Part shown: positions 1 to 13,180 of the stretch, one piece after another
Numbering within the stretch: position 1 is the first letter of the stretch
How the letters are laid out: each line of letters begins with the position of its first letter
Origin: Podarcis cretensis
Lineage: Eukaryota
Assembly: GCA_951804945.1 (NCBI GenBank)
Contig: OX638158.1
Location: forward strand, 31,620,001 to 31,684,000
Direction of reading: 5' to 3'
Length of the DNA stretch: 64,000 bases
Made by a program: the position numbers and the translations under genes
Notes under the pieces: generated by a model
Database searches by the model: none
Told to the model about the DNA's origin: nothing
Seen by the model: only the letters and a program-made list of their open reading frames with translations

Positions 1-768
1 GCCAGGGGGTGCTGGTTACCAGGAGCTGAAGTGCCTCACAGACCAGGGGTGGCTGCGGCTACCTGGAGGATTCCCAAGAAGAATGGAGAGGAGAGGAAGC
101 TAAGAGAACACTCCACAAAGGAGGGTGTTTGAAAAAGGGTGAGAGGCTGCCAGCTCTTCAGGCAAGGGGTGACATAACTGCGTTCCTGAGCCCTATAGGG
201 GTGGCGCAGAAAGACTGTAGTTGGTCAAGGGAGCTGTGGACTCAAAAAGGTTGAAAATCTCTGGACTAAGGAGAATGAGTCAGGCCCTGGGTCCTCTGGG
301 GACTGCAGCTTGGGGCTGCTCTTTCCATTTCCAGCTGAAGGACCTTGTATTCCAGAGTTTCCTGGCTGTCAGATTCAGGCTTGCCATTGAGATTTCAGCT
401 CATTTCCTGTGCCACTAGTTTGCTCAACCTAGTTGGTACCTTTTATCTCTGTCAGAATTCTGGCTGCTGTTCCAGGTCTAGGCCATGACCTCAACTATGG
501 TTCCTTTGTCTGTTTTTACCCTGTTGGAATTCACAATGCAGTATACGCCTATTTCCTGGGACCCTGAACTTACTGAATTAGAGGAGAATCAACTTACATA
601 TTCTCAAAGAAGTTCCATCCAAATTTCAGCTTCATTTTGGTGACAGATTTGAGGATCAGACACTCATTGCTACAACCATACCCTCAGTGCACAGTGGGTT
701 AGAAAAAACACAGTATGGATTTATTTGGGACCTGGACTGCTGGTCAATATATTTCCCTAAAGATTCAT

Positions 769-910
769 TAGAATCATAGAATTGTAGAGTTGGAAGGGAC
801 CACAAGGGTCATCTAATCCAGCCTCCTGCAATGGAGGAATATTTTGCCCAACTTGGGGCTGAACCCATGACCCTATTAGAGTCTCACACTCTACAAACTG
901 AGCCATCTCA
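769..910 (-). mobile_element. tRNA-derived squamate SINE with CR1-type tail
   Basis: Reverse complement of the 46171-46318 element; TTCTATGATTCTA tail. Confidence 0.8.
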
Positions 911-2792
911 TACTGGGACAGAGTTAAACTTTTTAAAAGTCCTGCTTCCAATTCCTCTGAATTAAGACATGTGTCATTTGGAATCAAGAAACATACTTCT
1001 AGTCAACACAAGTAAGAAACTTCAGAGCCATCAAATTATTTCAGAACTTGGTTATTTTTGTAACCATTTGCAATGGACCCCCTCCACCCAAGGTATCTGC
1101 TCTGCTTTTTAATGACAGAAGATGTATCTCATTTACTTAACACTTAATCTCTTAACCACTGGGTCATTTCTTAATACTACAAGAAATAATCAACCCAGCA
1201 TTGTAATACACTTTTTACCAGTGCCAGATCCTCAAGTTGAGATGGTACCTAGTGTTGTTCTTTTCTGGCTTCTGGTAGGTTTGGTCCTGACATAACAAAA
1301 CCATAATGTCCTCTGTTTAATTACTTAAAAGAAGAGAATATCTCAGACCTCTGTTTCTTTGACATCACCTAAAGCTAGGAATTTACCCACAGAAAGAAGG
1401 TACCTGATCCATTTCCTTTTGATAGGATTCCAACCAAAATTGCAGTTGCCATAGAATCAAGCGTATCAGGTTATTAATGCTGAAGGACCCTTCAAAATTC
1501 TATACCTATACAATCTTACACAAAATAAATTTGCTCAGAGTCATCCCTAAAGTCTTCTAGTGTGAGCAGACAAGAATTTCAGTGTTCAAGTATTGCATCA
1601 GGTATACAACTTTAAAAACTTGGAGCACCCTTGTAGACTACTTTTCTTGGTTTTTGTCTGCTGTTTGGCCTGGTCTCTGGCTGTTGAAATAGTGGGGGGG
1701 TTTTCTTTACCTAGCCGTGCTTGTAAAGAACACAGCCAAATTCAAAAGCCCTGTTTGTCACCACTAAGTTTCTGTATTATTTGTTTTTTGGAGAATGACA
1801 AAGCCAATGGCTATTATAGAGGTAGCTGAAGCAGAATATCTCAGAAATATAATTTCTAGAAATGAGGAGCATTCAGGGAGCCCCGGAGTTAGGTCTCAAA
1901 GAGGGGACTTTGATGGCTATTTCATATTTTTGCATTTACATAAATAGCACTTCCATGAAACAGCAGCTAAGTTAGCCCTAAGCTGCCTTAAATATGGCTT
2001 GATTCTCACATAGGCAGTAGGGAATTGTATTGTCCAGAGTAGCCAGTGTCAACCTCAAGCTGAAAACAACAGCACTTCACCAAAACTGCCTCCATCTTCC
2101 TGGGCTATCAGTCTTTCTCTTCTGATCAGGGAGTGAGGAATTTCAGCATTCTACACTGACCTTGCTGGCTGACACTGTGCACCAGAGACAGATAAGGACG
2201 TTAACCTGAGAAAATGAATCAGTCAGTGTTTATTTTTTGTGTTTGGTTCTAAAGAGCTTTTGGTAACAAAATACTCCATGCGAGGATGTTCATTCTCTTG
2301 CTTTGTAAGAAAGATGGACATACTAGTGTCAGTCGAGTAGTGCTTATAATAATGTACTGGATGGAAGATCTTTAAATTGCCCAAGAACCGAGATATTATT
2401 CTGATGAGATTTCTTTATTCTTCACCTGCCTGAATTCTTCTGCTTGCCTCATCTGCTCTAGGTGTTACTCAGTTGTAGATCTCCTGAAAAGAAATAAAAT
2501 TTTGTCAGCAAATAGAAATATTGCATCTCTTTTATTGAAGATTATCACTTCCACAAGCAGGGCAGCATTAGCTATGGGTAAAGGTTTTTAAGTATTGAAT
2601 TGATTGTTCTGACTTGTCTCCTTTTAGTCCATATTTCCAAAGTAAGTAGTGTACTTTGTTGGAACATATCCTTTTAATGGTTAAAATCATACTAATTTTG
2701 CATAATCTTGGTCATTCATGGTCACTCTCTCTCTTCTTGCATTCTGTTGCTTCACTAACCAACTCCTGCTGATTGGCTACTTATTTCTTCAG

Positions 2793-2960
2793 CTGACTTT
2801 GCCTTTCTCCAATCAAGATGGGTGCCTTGGGGATGAGGCTCCCTGCTCTCCCTTCTCCCCTTCTCCCAACTACAAGCTTTCTCCCTCTGGTTCCACACTA
2901 CCCATCTGCCTTGGGGCAATCGGCTCAGGGCTCAACCCCCAAAACTTCGCTGCTAGACAA
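2793..2960 (+). CDS. TNRC6B: TNRC6B internal coding exon, symmetric phase 0 (56 aa, [10 protein letters not shown]...NFAARQ); probable cassette exon
   Basis: Branch-like CACTAAC at 2753, ttcag acceptor, CAA|gtaagg donor; peptide matches recalled vertebrate TNRC6B. Confidence 0.88.
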
Positions 2961-4276
2961 GTAAGGAGGTCACATTCTTGGTTATATTACTTCTTGGCTG
3001 CATCCTATAGTTAATCCTTGTCAGCTTGGTTTTTGCACCCGTTTTTTTAATGTTTTTTTCATGGAAAATGTAGTAAGATAAATCTCAAATTCAGGAACCC
3101 ACCAGTCTTTATTGCTTCCTTCCAGACATTCAATATGTTGCTTATGTCTGTTACTTTGATCCCTTACTAATACCTCACAACAGTCTGTGAGTTTACTTTC
3201 TCAAAGAAAGTAATTAAAAGTCGGGGAATAAACATTTTGGAACCCAGTGCAAGAATAAACACTTTCCCCCTTGTTCTAAAAAACAAATTTGGCACTAAAA
3301 CTTCATACTACATTTATGCAGTAGTTACTCTGTTTAAATTTGTATGTGTGTTTGCTCTTAATTTATCCTAGAGCAGTTTTGAAACCGAAGAAGAGACTAA
3401 CAATTCTATCCGTTTGGAAATCTCTAGGAATAACAACACAAGCTATAACCACATCTACAAATGTTTTTCTAAGATTAATATGTATCGTGAATGTATCCCT
3501 GCAAAGGGACTAGGTCACTTCTACTGGAATTTGTTTTCAAATTGAATATGAAAGAGACACCTGGCACAAAATGTTGCAGTGTGCTGTGTTCCCTGTTCTG
3601 AATTCCAGACACCAGTCCACCCCACCACCACCCCACGCCTGTTTTAGAGTCGATTCCCCACACCTCCAAACAGTCTGCATTACACGGCCTCTGAGCATGC
3701 TCAGATTCCATTGGGCTGTTTTGGGGTTTCCCTTCCCCTGAGTCTGCTGATACCTCTCTTTTGTATATGATGGTGCTGTTTTGACTGTGTAATCAGTGGC
3801 GCGTTCTCTCTTAGAATATTGGAATTGCTTTATTGTGTATGATTAAATGCAGTTTGAGGACTGCTTAAGACCTTTGAGTAACTTTCCATATTAAATAAAG
3901 AAGCAGCTAAAAACAATGAAGTCCATCATATTAGGTAGTTCTTAATATTTTCTTCTGCTATATGTAATAAGTAATAAATACTGCTATCTACAGTATTCAA
4001 ACACAAAAGACAAATCCCTTTAAATATAAACATTGCTTATCTTTTCTCTGCACCTTCTTTTCTCCTCTTTAAAATGTGTATGGCATACAATCAAACCTCT
4101 TAGAAGGGAATGTGTTTGAAAAAAATGCCAGGCAAATGAATCAAGATGAAATAAGGATGACTATCATTGGCATGTTACAAATTCTCATAGTTATATTAAC
4201 CCCAGGCTCCAGCTAACATATATAAACAACTATACTTACAACCTGATTTGACTTTCTTTCATTCATTCATTTTTAG

Positions 4277-4402
4277 GGTGGCAATCAAGGTCTGTTTGGA
4301 AACAGCACAGCACAATCGAGAGGAATGCACCCACCAGTGCAACCGCTAAACCCTTCACCTAATATCCGGGCACAAGTGCCTCCCCAGTTTCTTTCTCCCC
4401 AG
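4277..4402 (+). CDS. TNRC6B: TNRC6B coding exon ([16 protein letters not shown]...VPPQFLSPQ)
   Basis: ttttag acceptor, CAG|gtaaac donor, 126 nt in frame. Confidence 0.93.
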
Positions 4403-5867
4403 GTAAACAATTTTTAAAAGTTTCTTTGTAGATGGTTTGTTATAGTCTCTTCTGTTGTTCCACATATGGAGTTGGATTTGAGGACATCTGGTGGAGGGAA
4501 GGGGCTTTAGTCTGTTTCCCAAAGCTACATATTTTGTATGGCTCATCAGGAGCTAAAGAGCAGGTACAGTGTCTTTTTGCAGTCTTCTTTCTAATAGCAT
4601 AAGCTTTTTCTTCATCTGCATTCGTTGTTTTCTGCTGTTGACTTTTTGATGTTAGAAGTATTTGGTTTCATTTTGAAACTTGTGACAAGGGAATCCAGAT
4701 GTGCCATACAAGAGTGAAAGTGCCACCCACTTCCAGTTTGTTTTAATTGGTATTTATGAGAGTGCAGTGGGGGCATGAGATTGATGGGTGCTCTTTGATG
4801 AGAGGGAGAAGTCCTTGTAGAGGGGATGTGTGACTTTGAACCTAAGTAAGGGAGAGAGCTTAGTTGGGTGTGGATTGCTATCTTAGAAAGTTTTCTAATA
4901 GGTGGGTAGGTGAGCTTTGTTTAATTATGGCTTTACACAAACAAGCAGTGTGCTGGTGCATGCTTCTCAAAGGTCTCTGCTTAGCTCCTCTCCTGCTTCA
5001 TGTTGGGAGCAACAAACTATGATTGGTAGCCAAGATTTGGTTTTGGGGTACCACTTATAGTTCCCTTGAAGAAAACAAACCATGAGCCCAAGTCTGCATA
5101 ACAACAAGCCAAAACATGCATTTTGTTATTTCTGATGCTGCTAATTCATGTTAAATCCATAGGTAAACATCAACTGTGTTTTAACATTATGTATACTGAA
5201 CCAATGGTGCCCCCACTCCTTAGTTCATCCTAAAGTGTAAAAAGGATGTAGCTGAGGAGAAGAGGGGCTAGCAAGAACCTCCCTCTGTCAGAGCTCTATA
5301 TAATGTTGTTGCACATTCAGAAAAAGCTCATCTTCCTCAGAGGAACAAGTTGCTCCTTCCTCCTCCTTCTTTGTGCATTGCAGTCTCTGTTATTCTCTTC
5401 TCCTTGCACCCCATTTCAAATGGTGTGGGTGGGTGTGTACATATACATGCACACATTTCTGTATGATGTACTGTTAAAGCTACTCATCCACCAGAGCCCT
5501 GCCACAAACTGAAATAGAATATGTTAACTCCAGAATCATGTTCCATATTAAGCTCAAGCTCTTTTCTTTAAATGTACAAAATGTTTGTGCATTGTTCAAA
5601 ATTTCAGCCAAACAAAAGCTAGCCAACTCAAGTAATTGATTCCTTTCTGTACTCACATATTGCTATATGTGTTGGTACCATATTCTTTATGTTCACTTTT
5701 CCTTTGTTGCATTATTTGTTGATGTTCAATTTCATTATGATTAAGATCACACACTTTCTGTTTTCAACAGAGACATCTTGCTTTTGCATACAAACCTGCT
5801 ACAAATGTCTTTGTTGTTCTGTCAGTTTCTGGTTTGACTTGTGTATGCCTTTGCACTTTTTATTAAG

Positions 5868-5999
5868 GTTTCTGCCTCCATGCTCAAGCAATTTCCTAAC
5901 AGTGGTCTGAACCCAGGTCTTTTCAACATGAATCCCCAGCTTTCTCCTCAACAGATTGCTATGTTGAGCCAACTTCCGCAGATCCCCCAATTTCAGCTT
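5868..5999 (+). CDS. TNRC6B: TNRC6B coding exon ([13 protein letters not shown]...PQIPQFQL)
   Basis: aag acceptor, CTT|gtaagt donor, 132 nt; inside ORF 5841..6032. Confidence 0.93.
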
Positions 6000-6598
6000 G
6001 TAAGTAACTATCCTACTACAGTAGCTGACTGAATTTTGCATACTCCTGTGACTGTTTTTGCAGCTTTAATCTTTTTGGGAAAATGTTGTACTTCAGATCT
6101 GTGGAAATATATACTTAGTTGTTGAAAAGGCACAAATAAGTCATATGCAGTTGTGGGAAGGGGACACTTTCTAGCAGTGACTTGTACTTACCTTTACAGT
6201 AAATCAAGCTTCATACTAGAAGTACTGGGCAGAGGCACACCATACATTTAAACCACATGACTTTCCCAAAGTATCCTGGGAACTGTCGTTTGTTAAGGGT
6301 GCTGGGGATCATAGCTCTGTGAGGGGAAAACTGCAGTTCCCAGGACTCTTTTGGCAGGTGAGTCATGTGCATTAAATGTGCATTAGATGTCCTTTAAGTG
6401 CTTGGTGTGGATCATCCCACTATTTCTAATTAGATGTAAAAGGAAAGGCTCATCCATAGTCTAAAACGTTCATGGTAAGTTTCTTTTATTATAAAAAAAA
6501 ACTTACAATGCTAGTCATATCTGCTGAACAGTGCTCATTTGCCAGCAGTTAATGCCTATAAATAAAGTCCTTCATTACCTCCTCTACTTGCCTTCCAG

Positions 6599-6712
6599 GC
6601 TTGTCAACTCATCCTCCAGCAACAGCAGCAGCAGCAACAACAACAACAGCAACAACTGTTACAGAGTCAAAGAAAGATTTCCCAAGTAGTACGACAACAG
6701 CAAGAACAGCAG
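6599..6712 (+). CDS. TNRC6B: TNRC6B Q-rich exon (ACQLIL-Q13-LLQSQRKISQVVRQQQEQQ)
   Basis: ttccag acceptor, CAG|gtacaa donor, 114 nt, CAG/CAA tract. Confidence 0.93.
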
Positions 6713-6882
6713 GTACAATATTTAATCAGCAATGTATGCATGAGGTGTACAATAAAGCCTAGCAATATACCAAGAAGATGTTATTAAAGCTTTATTATTG
6801 CTTGAAACTAATGCACTATTCAAAATATAATCACTTGTTTGTACTAAGATAAACAAATTCTTCTTTATTTCGTTAACTGCAG

Positions 6883-7051
6883 ATTGCCCGTATGGTGAAT
6901 GCCTTTCAGCCACAACAGAGGCAACCTGGCATGAAACATTCTCCATCCCATCCAGTTGGGCCTAAACATTTAGACAGCATAGTACCTGGTGGTCTGAATG
7001 TGAGTCTCTCAGATATACCAACCAAAGGGCAAATTCCTGGATATAGTTCAG
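6883..7051 (+). CDS. TNRC6B: TNRC6B coding exon ([28 protein letters not shown]...GYSS)
   Basis: ctgcag acceptor, CAG|gtaagt donor, phase 0 to 1. Confidence 0.93.
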
Positions 7052-7443
7052 GTAAGTACTGTAAATAGCTAAAACCCTGTGATCTGTTTTGATTTCTTAA
7101 GCGCTAAGAATCTGTGTACCAAACCCAAATACTGGATTTGTTGTTTGTGTCAGTTGAATTGCTGAATCAGTCTTGCTACATAGAACTCTAGCTTCTGTTC
7201 TTCTCTGCAAAGTGTACTTCAGCGTTATGTTGACTCACTAGCTTTATTTTCAAACAGCCTTGCTTATTGCAGGATATCATGTTACAAAAAGTATTTGTGC
7301 AAAAGCATAAGACAGCCTTGTAGTGATGAACATTTGCATCATCTCAGCCATCTATATGGTTTAAAAACATAATTATAAAGCAATTTAGCTTAAATCAGGG
7401 GTGGGAAATCCTTGGCCCTCAAGTTGTCATTGGTTTTTCACAG

Positions 7444-7581
7444 GTTTTGGTTCGAGTGGCATGGATTATGGCATGGTAGGAGGGAAAGAAACTGGAACAG
7501 AATCTCGCTTTAAACAATGGACTTCTATGATAGATGGATTGCCATCTGTAGCTTCCCAAGATGCCAATATGCACAAAAATG
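7444..7581 (+). CDS. TNRC6B: TNRC6B exon with CIM1-type CCR4-NOT motif (ESRFKQW)
   Basis: cacag acceptor, G|gtgaga donor, 138 nt. Confidence 0.94.
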
Positions 7582-7887
7582 GTGAGAGATTCCAGCTTAC
7601 GTTATCAAAAATGATTTTACAAGGTATATTTATATTGCCACTTTTTGCCTCTAGTGAAACACTAGGACAGCAACTTCTCCTGTATTGTTGTTTTGCTGTG
7701 AGATTGTTGTATTTTAATTGTTCTAAGCCACTGTTAGCAATGCAAATGCCTTTGGAAAGGTAATATATAAATCTGAACAAATCATAATGGGCTTTTTGTT
7801 TTGGTAACCTTTTTTTAAAAAGGCCTCTAATTTTGTATCTTGTTTTTCTTACATTATATATATGCTATTTTCTTTCTTACTCTAGTG

Positions 7888-8169
7888 CAGGGGTTGCCAG
7901 TGTGATGCCCTTGGGCACCAGTTTGCCCTTCAGTATTTTCTGTAGCACCCATGAAAGGTCTTGGTAAATATCCCCTCCAAATTCCACAATGCATGAGAGA
8001 CTGTTCACTCAGTTCCTGTTTGCACTGGTGTGTCCTCTCCTATATGCCTCCATGGCAGCCATTTTGTCTTATGCCACACCTCCATAGCAGTCATTTTGTG
8101 ACTGCCGTCCACAACACTTTCACAAAATTCCAAACATGCCCACTGGCCCTCAAAAGTTGGTGACCCTTG
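7888..8169. mobile_element. hAT (Charlie-like) non-autonomous DNA transposon
   Basis: CAGGGG…CCCTTG termini with exact 8-bp TSD CTCTAGTG at 7880-7887 and 8170-8177. Confidence 0.8.
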
Positions 8170-8300
8170 CTCTAGTGGCTTTATTGTTACAGTGAAACTG
8201 GTATGAATTGCCATTCTGCTTTTATGTTAGGTTTGAGCCCTGTTTCAGTTGCTACCATGATGTCCTTTTGTCAAATTAATATTTTTCCTCTTCTTTCCAG

Positions 8301-8477
8301 GGACGATTGTGCCCCCTGGAAAAGTACGAGGGGCATCGCCCTATAACCAATTTGATATAATCCCTGGCGACCCACTGGGCAGCCACACAGGTCCTGCTGG
8401 AGATAGTTGGTTACCTGCCAAATCTCCACCAACAAGTAAGATTGGAAGCAAATCCAGCAATGCCAGTTGGCCTCCAG
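8301..8477 (+). CDS. TNRC6B: TNRC6B exon, first half of PAM2 (…[10 protein letters not shown])
   Basis: ttccag acceptor, CAG|gtaatt donor, 177 nt. Confidence 0.95.
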
Positions 8478-8852
8478 GTAATTTCAGTGTTCTTGAAAAC
8501 TGTTCATAAATGTTACATCCCAGCTTATAAAATAAAATTTATTACTTCTATCAATGTGTCACCGCTGTCAATAGCTTTCTATGCACAGCAGACTGGTGCT
8601 GTGCAAACATGCATTGTAAGAGGGGTTTTTTTTTTCAGATTTTGGACCATTTGCCTGTATGAGGTTGTGTAAAACTTGTTTCAGAGGTGTAAACTCCATT
8701 TTAAAGAAACCAGACTTCTTTGGTCTGTATAAATGACATGAACTAAGCACTTTTTTATTTTGTATAATTTATTTTTGGGGGAGGTTTAGACTTAGGATAA
8801 AGTTGCTACACTGAACAGTAATGCCCTACTCTTGACCACTGGGAATGTTATA

Positions 8853-9069
8853 CAGTAATACCTCTTGCGAACATCCGCCTTGTCTAGAGTCCATTTCGGC
8901 GAACATCTGCAGCAAACCCGGAAGTACCAGAATGGGTTACTTCCAGTTTTGCCGCATGCGCAGAAGCGCGAAGCGCTCCGTACACAGACGCAGCGCTTTG
9001 CCCTGCGTCCTTTTTGGCTAGCAGCCGGGGCTCTGGAACGGATCCAGGCCGCAAAACGAGGTACGACTA
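8853..9069. mobile_element. Tc1/mariner-pogo MITE, diverged
   Basis: TA-flanked CAGTAATACCTC…GAGGTACGACTA termini, CpG-rich interior. Confidence 0.7.
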
Positions 9070-9569
9070 TACAGCAATTTATTTATTTCTGAGACTTCAC
9101 CAAGCGTTGTCTCTCTCCCATCATCATCATCATCACCACCACCACCCTGAATTTTGAAAATAGGTGTTTTAAGTCTACTCTTGAATTGGCATCTTTATTG
9201 TTTGTGATTTATATTGTAATGGCAATTGGCTACAGACAATAAAAATGTGACTGATTGACTGCATACACACATATAGTAGCAATATTAATTTGTATGCTTT
9301 TTAATCAGAATGTAGAATAACATTTTAATTACTATTTTTGAAAGGGTAGGAAGGAATGGAAGAGCTAATAAAGGACTAGGAAACACATGTATGCCTTTAG
9401 ATTCCTCTAATAACATTATCTGCACTCTCAAACTGATCTCCCAAGACCCCAGAACTAGAAACTTGACACCACACATTCTTGGACACCTCATATTTGTTGG
9501 AAGAATTTAACAACTTTTAAGTCTTGAATATTTCATTTGAAATACTGTATGATTATTGTTATGTTTCAG

Positions 9570-9716
9570 AGTTTCAGCCAGGAGTGCCATGGAAAGGTAT
9601 TCCAAACATTGACCCTGAATCTGATCCCTATGTGACCCCAGGAAGTGTGCTGGGGGGTACAGCCACATCCCCCATTGTAGATACTGATCACCAACTTCTG
9701 CGGGACAACACCACAG
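9570..9716 (+). CDS. TNRC6B: TNRC6B exon, second half of PAM2 ([26 protein letters not shown]…)
   Basis: ttcag acceptor, CAG|gtatat donor, 147 nt; GW182-type PAM2. Confidence 0.96.
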
Positions 9717-10294
9717 GTATATTTATTACATAATACAATTTCTGTTTACCTTGCAACTATTATAACTGGAATAACAAGTTGGATCAGCAAATACATGTTT
9801 GCTGATTATAAGTTGGGGCAGGGATACATTTGCAGGGGAGAATCAGCAAAATTGAGGGTGGTTAATCTCTCTACACAGCCAATTATTTTTCCTTATAACC
9901 TCTTCTGCCAGGCCCCTTTCCCCCCCAGCCAGTCTTAGTTGCAGTTTTAGACTTAGCTAGAGGGGAAAATAGGAAAATACCTATCTGGAGGGTAAGCATT
10001 GGTGAACCAAGAGAATGAATTAAAACCCTGTTTGCACTTAACAATTTCCCCCTGGAAATGCCCCTGTCCTGTATTAATGGCAGTAGGCAAATACAAACAA
10101 CCCTATTCTGCTCTGTATTCTATTCTAAAGTTTGAAGATGCAGATGTTGCTATGGTTTAATTTATGTTAAGACTAAATACATGGATCTGCAATAGGTTTC
10201 TGCCATTCATTGTCATTGCTAGAAATGTCAGTTGTCACGTAAATTCTTTATTCATCTATAATGTTTTTCTTTACCTTTCCTTATTATGCCATAG

Positions 10295-10390
10295 GGTCTA
10301 ATTCTTCCCTCAACACCTCGCTGCCTTCACCTGGTGCCTGGCCCTACAGTGCCTCTGACAATTCCTTCACAAATGTTCATAGCACTTCAG
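10295..10390 (+). CDS. TNRC6B: TNRC6B exon ([32 protein letters not shown])
   Basis: catag acceptor, CAG|gtatct donor, 96 nt. Confidence 0.94.
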
Positions 10391-10715
10391 GTATCTGGTT
10401 TCCATTCTCAATACACCTAGCTCACATTTTATATTGTAGCTGGAAAACATTGAGATATTTAAGCATATATAGTAATGCTCTGTACAATAGATAGTTGCCT
10501 GGGTTTTTTCCTCAGTGTAACTTTTTTTTACGTATTAAATAACTCCCTGGTGAAGTTTTTTCAGATCCGTGTACTATATTGTCGCAAAAGCGTGTAACCT
10601 GGATCACATGCAAATATACTTCAACGGACTGTTGGCAAAAACTAAAATTATGATGATCTGTGTTATGTGTATTAACTTTCACTAATTGATTGGCTTTTCC
10701 TTTCCTCTGTTGTAG

Positions 10716-10937
10716 CAAAGTTCAGTGATTACAAATCAACATGGTCCCCAGATCCCATAGGACCCAATCCCCCTCATCTCTCCAACAAGTGGAGAAACAA
10801 TATTTCCTCAAGAAACACTACAGGGCTACCCCGCCCACCTCCTGGTCTGAGTAATCCAAAACCATCCTCTCCCTGGAGCAGCACAGCACCCCGCTCACTC
10901 AGGGGGTGGGGGGCACAGGATTCAAGGCTTGCCTCTG
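10716..10937 (+). CDS. TNRC6B: TNRC6B exon with PRPPPGL motif
   Basis: tgtag acceptor, CTG|gtgagt donor, 222 nt open in frame. Confidence 0.94.
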
Positions 10938-11329
10938 GTGAGTAGAATTTCCTAGCATTCTTATTGCTTGGCCCATGAACAAGTTCCACAGCATTACTAG
11001 TCTGGATAAGATAAGACCTTTAGGTGAGAGAATGTTATAATTGCTCAATGAGAGAAAAGAGAATGTTCTATCTCTCTCTCTTAAAAGGGCTATGGGTGTT
11101 GGTTTCTGCTCTCTTCACTGTGCAGCGAAGTGCTTGTCACGAGACAGGTGTTTACATTCCACAGTCTGTGCTGTTGGAGTTTCTCACGGGAAAGGAGACT
11201 GGATGTGACGTACACTGGTTTCCTGTTTTTCACTGTTCACAGTGTGCTTCTCTCCGTGCTTCAGAGGAGAGAGGATGCTTTCTCTGCTCCGGCAGAGGCA
11301 TGATGTTTTTCTGTAATCTACCAGCTTTG

Positions 11330-13180
11330 AAATGTAAATAAAGCAATATAGAGTATGTGCACGTATTCCTCATCATTCCGCTGTGCACGGGACACTGCAA
11401 ACACAACAATGGGATGTTTGTCAGAAACTACTGAGGGAGATACAGCTAGACCCTTCCTGTCAGAAGAGGTCCTTGAAAGTTGACAAGGAACATGTATTGA
11501 ATAATTTGTGGGTTGGGTCTCAAGAAGATGCAGTTCTTCATATTGTCTGTGCAGATCCACAGACTTCATCCTCACAAAGCAGCATTTAGCACTTTCTTGA
11601 AGGGGTTTAGATGGAAAGCTAACCCCCCAACCCTCAGTGTGCACACTCAAAAAAGGTCAATGTGGCTCCCATTTTTTCTGGTCACTGCAGCAAGAGAAAC
11701 TTTCACTTACCCCTGAGAGAGCATATGAGCTAGACCCTTCTTTTCCTTCACTTCATCTTTTTCACCTTTTTTTCTCTACAGTGGATTTTTAAAAAAAAAC
11801 AAAAAACCTTTGGGCTAATTCTGCAACAGTGCATGCCTCACTCTCAAGCGGGTGCTTGTGGTGCAACTGGCACTTTTTAAGAGGTGTTCAGTTTGTGGCA
11901 GCAGACTACCTCCTTAACTTGGTGAGGGACCTGTAATGCATATGGTTCCAGCTGTCTGTTTCACTAGGCAGACACACAAAATCACTTGTTTCAGGCACAG
12001 GGAATGTTGTTGGAGCAGGCTGTCTTTGCTTTCAGTGCCAAGGTCAGAGTCTCCAAAGCAGCATAAGCTACAAAACTTTGTTCCACTTCAGTTCTGCTCA
12101 TGTTGTTGATGGCAGGGACGGTATCCTTGAACCGATAGGTCACTTGTGCTATGGAGGTCTTCCATAGCTTGCTTACTACACTGTCCTCTATGGGAACTGA
12201 ATTGCCCTTTACATTGACCATGGCTGTTAACCTCTCCAGCCTTCACTTCTGCCTCTGATTCTGAACTGCTCTCTGCCACAGACTCTTTCTTGCTCACTAA
12301 GCCCTGTTTCCTCTTCAGCTTCTGACACCTCCTTCCTGTCTGCTCCCTCTGACCACTCATCATCATCCCACCACCAATCCCTGGGCTCTGAGTCTTGGAG
12401 GCTCCCCAGCTGGTTCCTCCCACCACTCAACATCCAGTCCATGACACCCAAATGTGTTTTTCTTTTCTAAACTTCAGTCCCTTCTTTCAGAGGAAAATAC
12501 CAAAATCTTCCTCTGAAAAGAGATAAACTGGTACTCAATGCCTTGTGCATTTAGCATTTTTTTAAGCATTTCGCTATCCCCCAGAAGACTGAGGTCTTTG
12601 GCCACTTCTGGACCTTCAGGATGTGTCATAAGTCCAAAGACATGCAGGATGGTAACCCTTGTCAAATTCTTTTAAGTGAAAGCAAGCATCTTTCATGTCA
12701 GAGCTTGGTCCACATCCACAGATTTGGAAGATGCTTAGCCTTTCAGCCAAAACTTTGCTGTTTGCCTCACTTTGCTCTGAGTGACTGCAGCTTCTCTATA
12801 GGATTGCAAAGTTTTAGAGCTATTTAGAACTGTCATCATTGCACACTTCTGTCAGTAAGGGATTTTGATCTTCCCATAGATAGATGACTGCCTACTTATT
12901 GCATCCACTCAGACCAAGTTGCTTTTACACTTTGCGTTCACAGCATCGGGCTTCTATATCAATGTGGCAAAGTTTCCAATACATCACCCCATGTGCTCTT
13001 TTTCATTCTGGTAGAAGTTTATGAATCTCCTGTCCTCTGGCTGAGCTTGAAACCTTATTGCAGGATTGAGGCACCTCAGCCCCAGGGGTTGAATTCTGCA
13101 CTCCAGGCATTTCTGTCTTTCCCTTGGAACTTTCCCCAGGCAGTAACCTTCACTGGTTGTGCTTAACACCCCAAATGTTT
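11330..13180 (-). mobile_element. Highly degenerate Gypsy-like LTR retrotransposon remnant (gag/protease/integrase fragments)
   Basis: Minus-strand peptides in retroelement order: gag-like FQAQPE…FINFY, protease-like VNVKGNSVPIEDS, integrase-like HIDLFE and GL…SVVSDKHP; many stops and frameshifts. Confidence 0.45.

Noticed and set aside
1-480. Purine/GC-richer block at the window start
   Set aside because: No splice-bounded TNRC6B-like frame; probably a repeat remnant that I cannot classify
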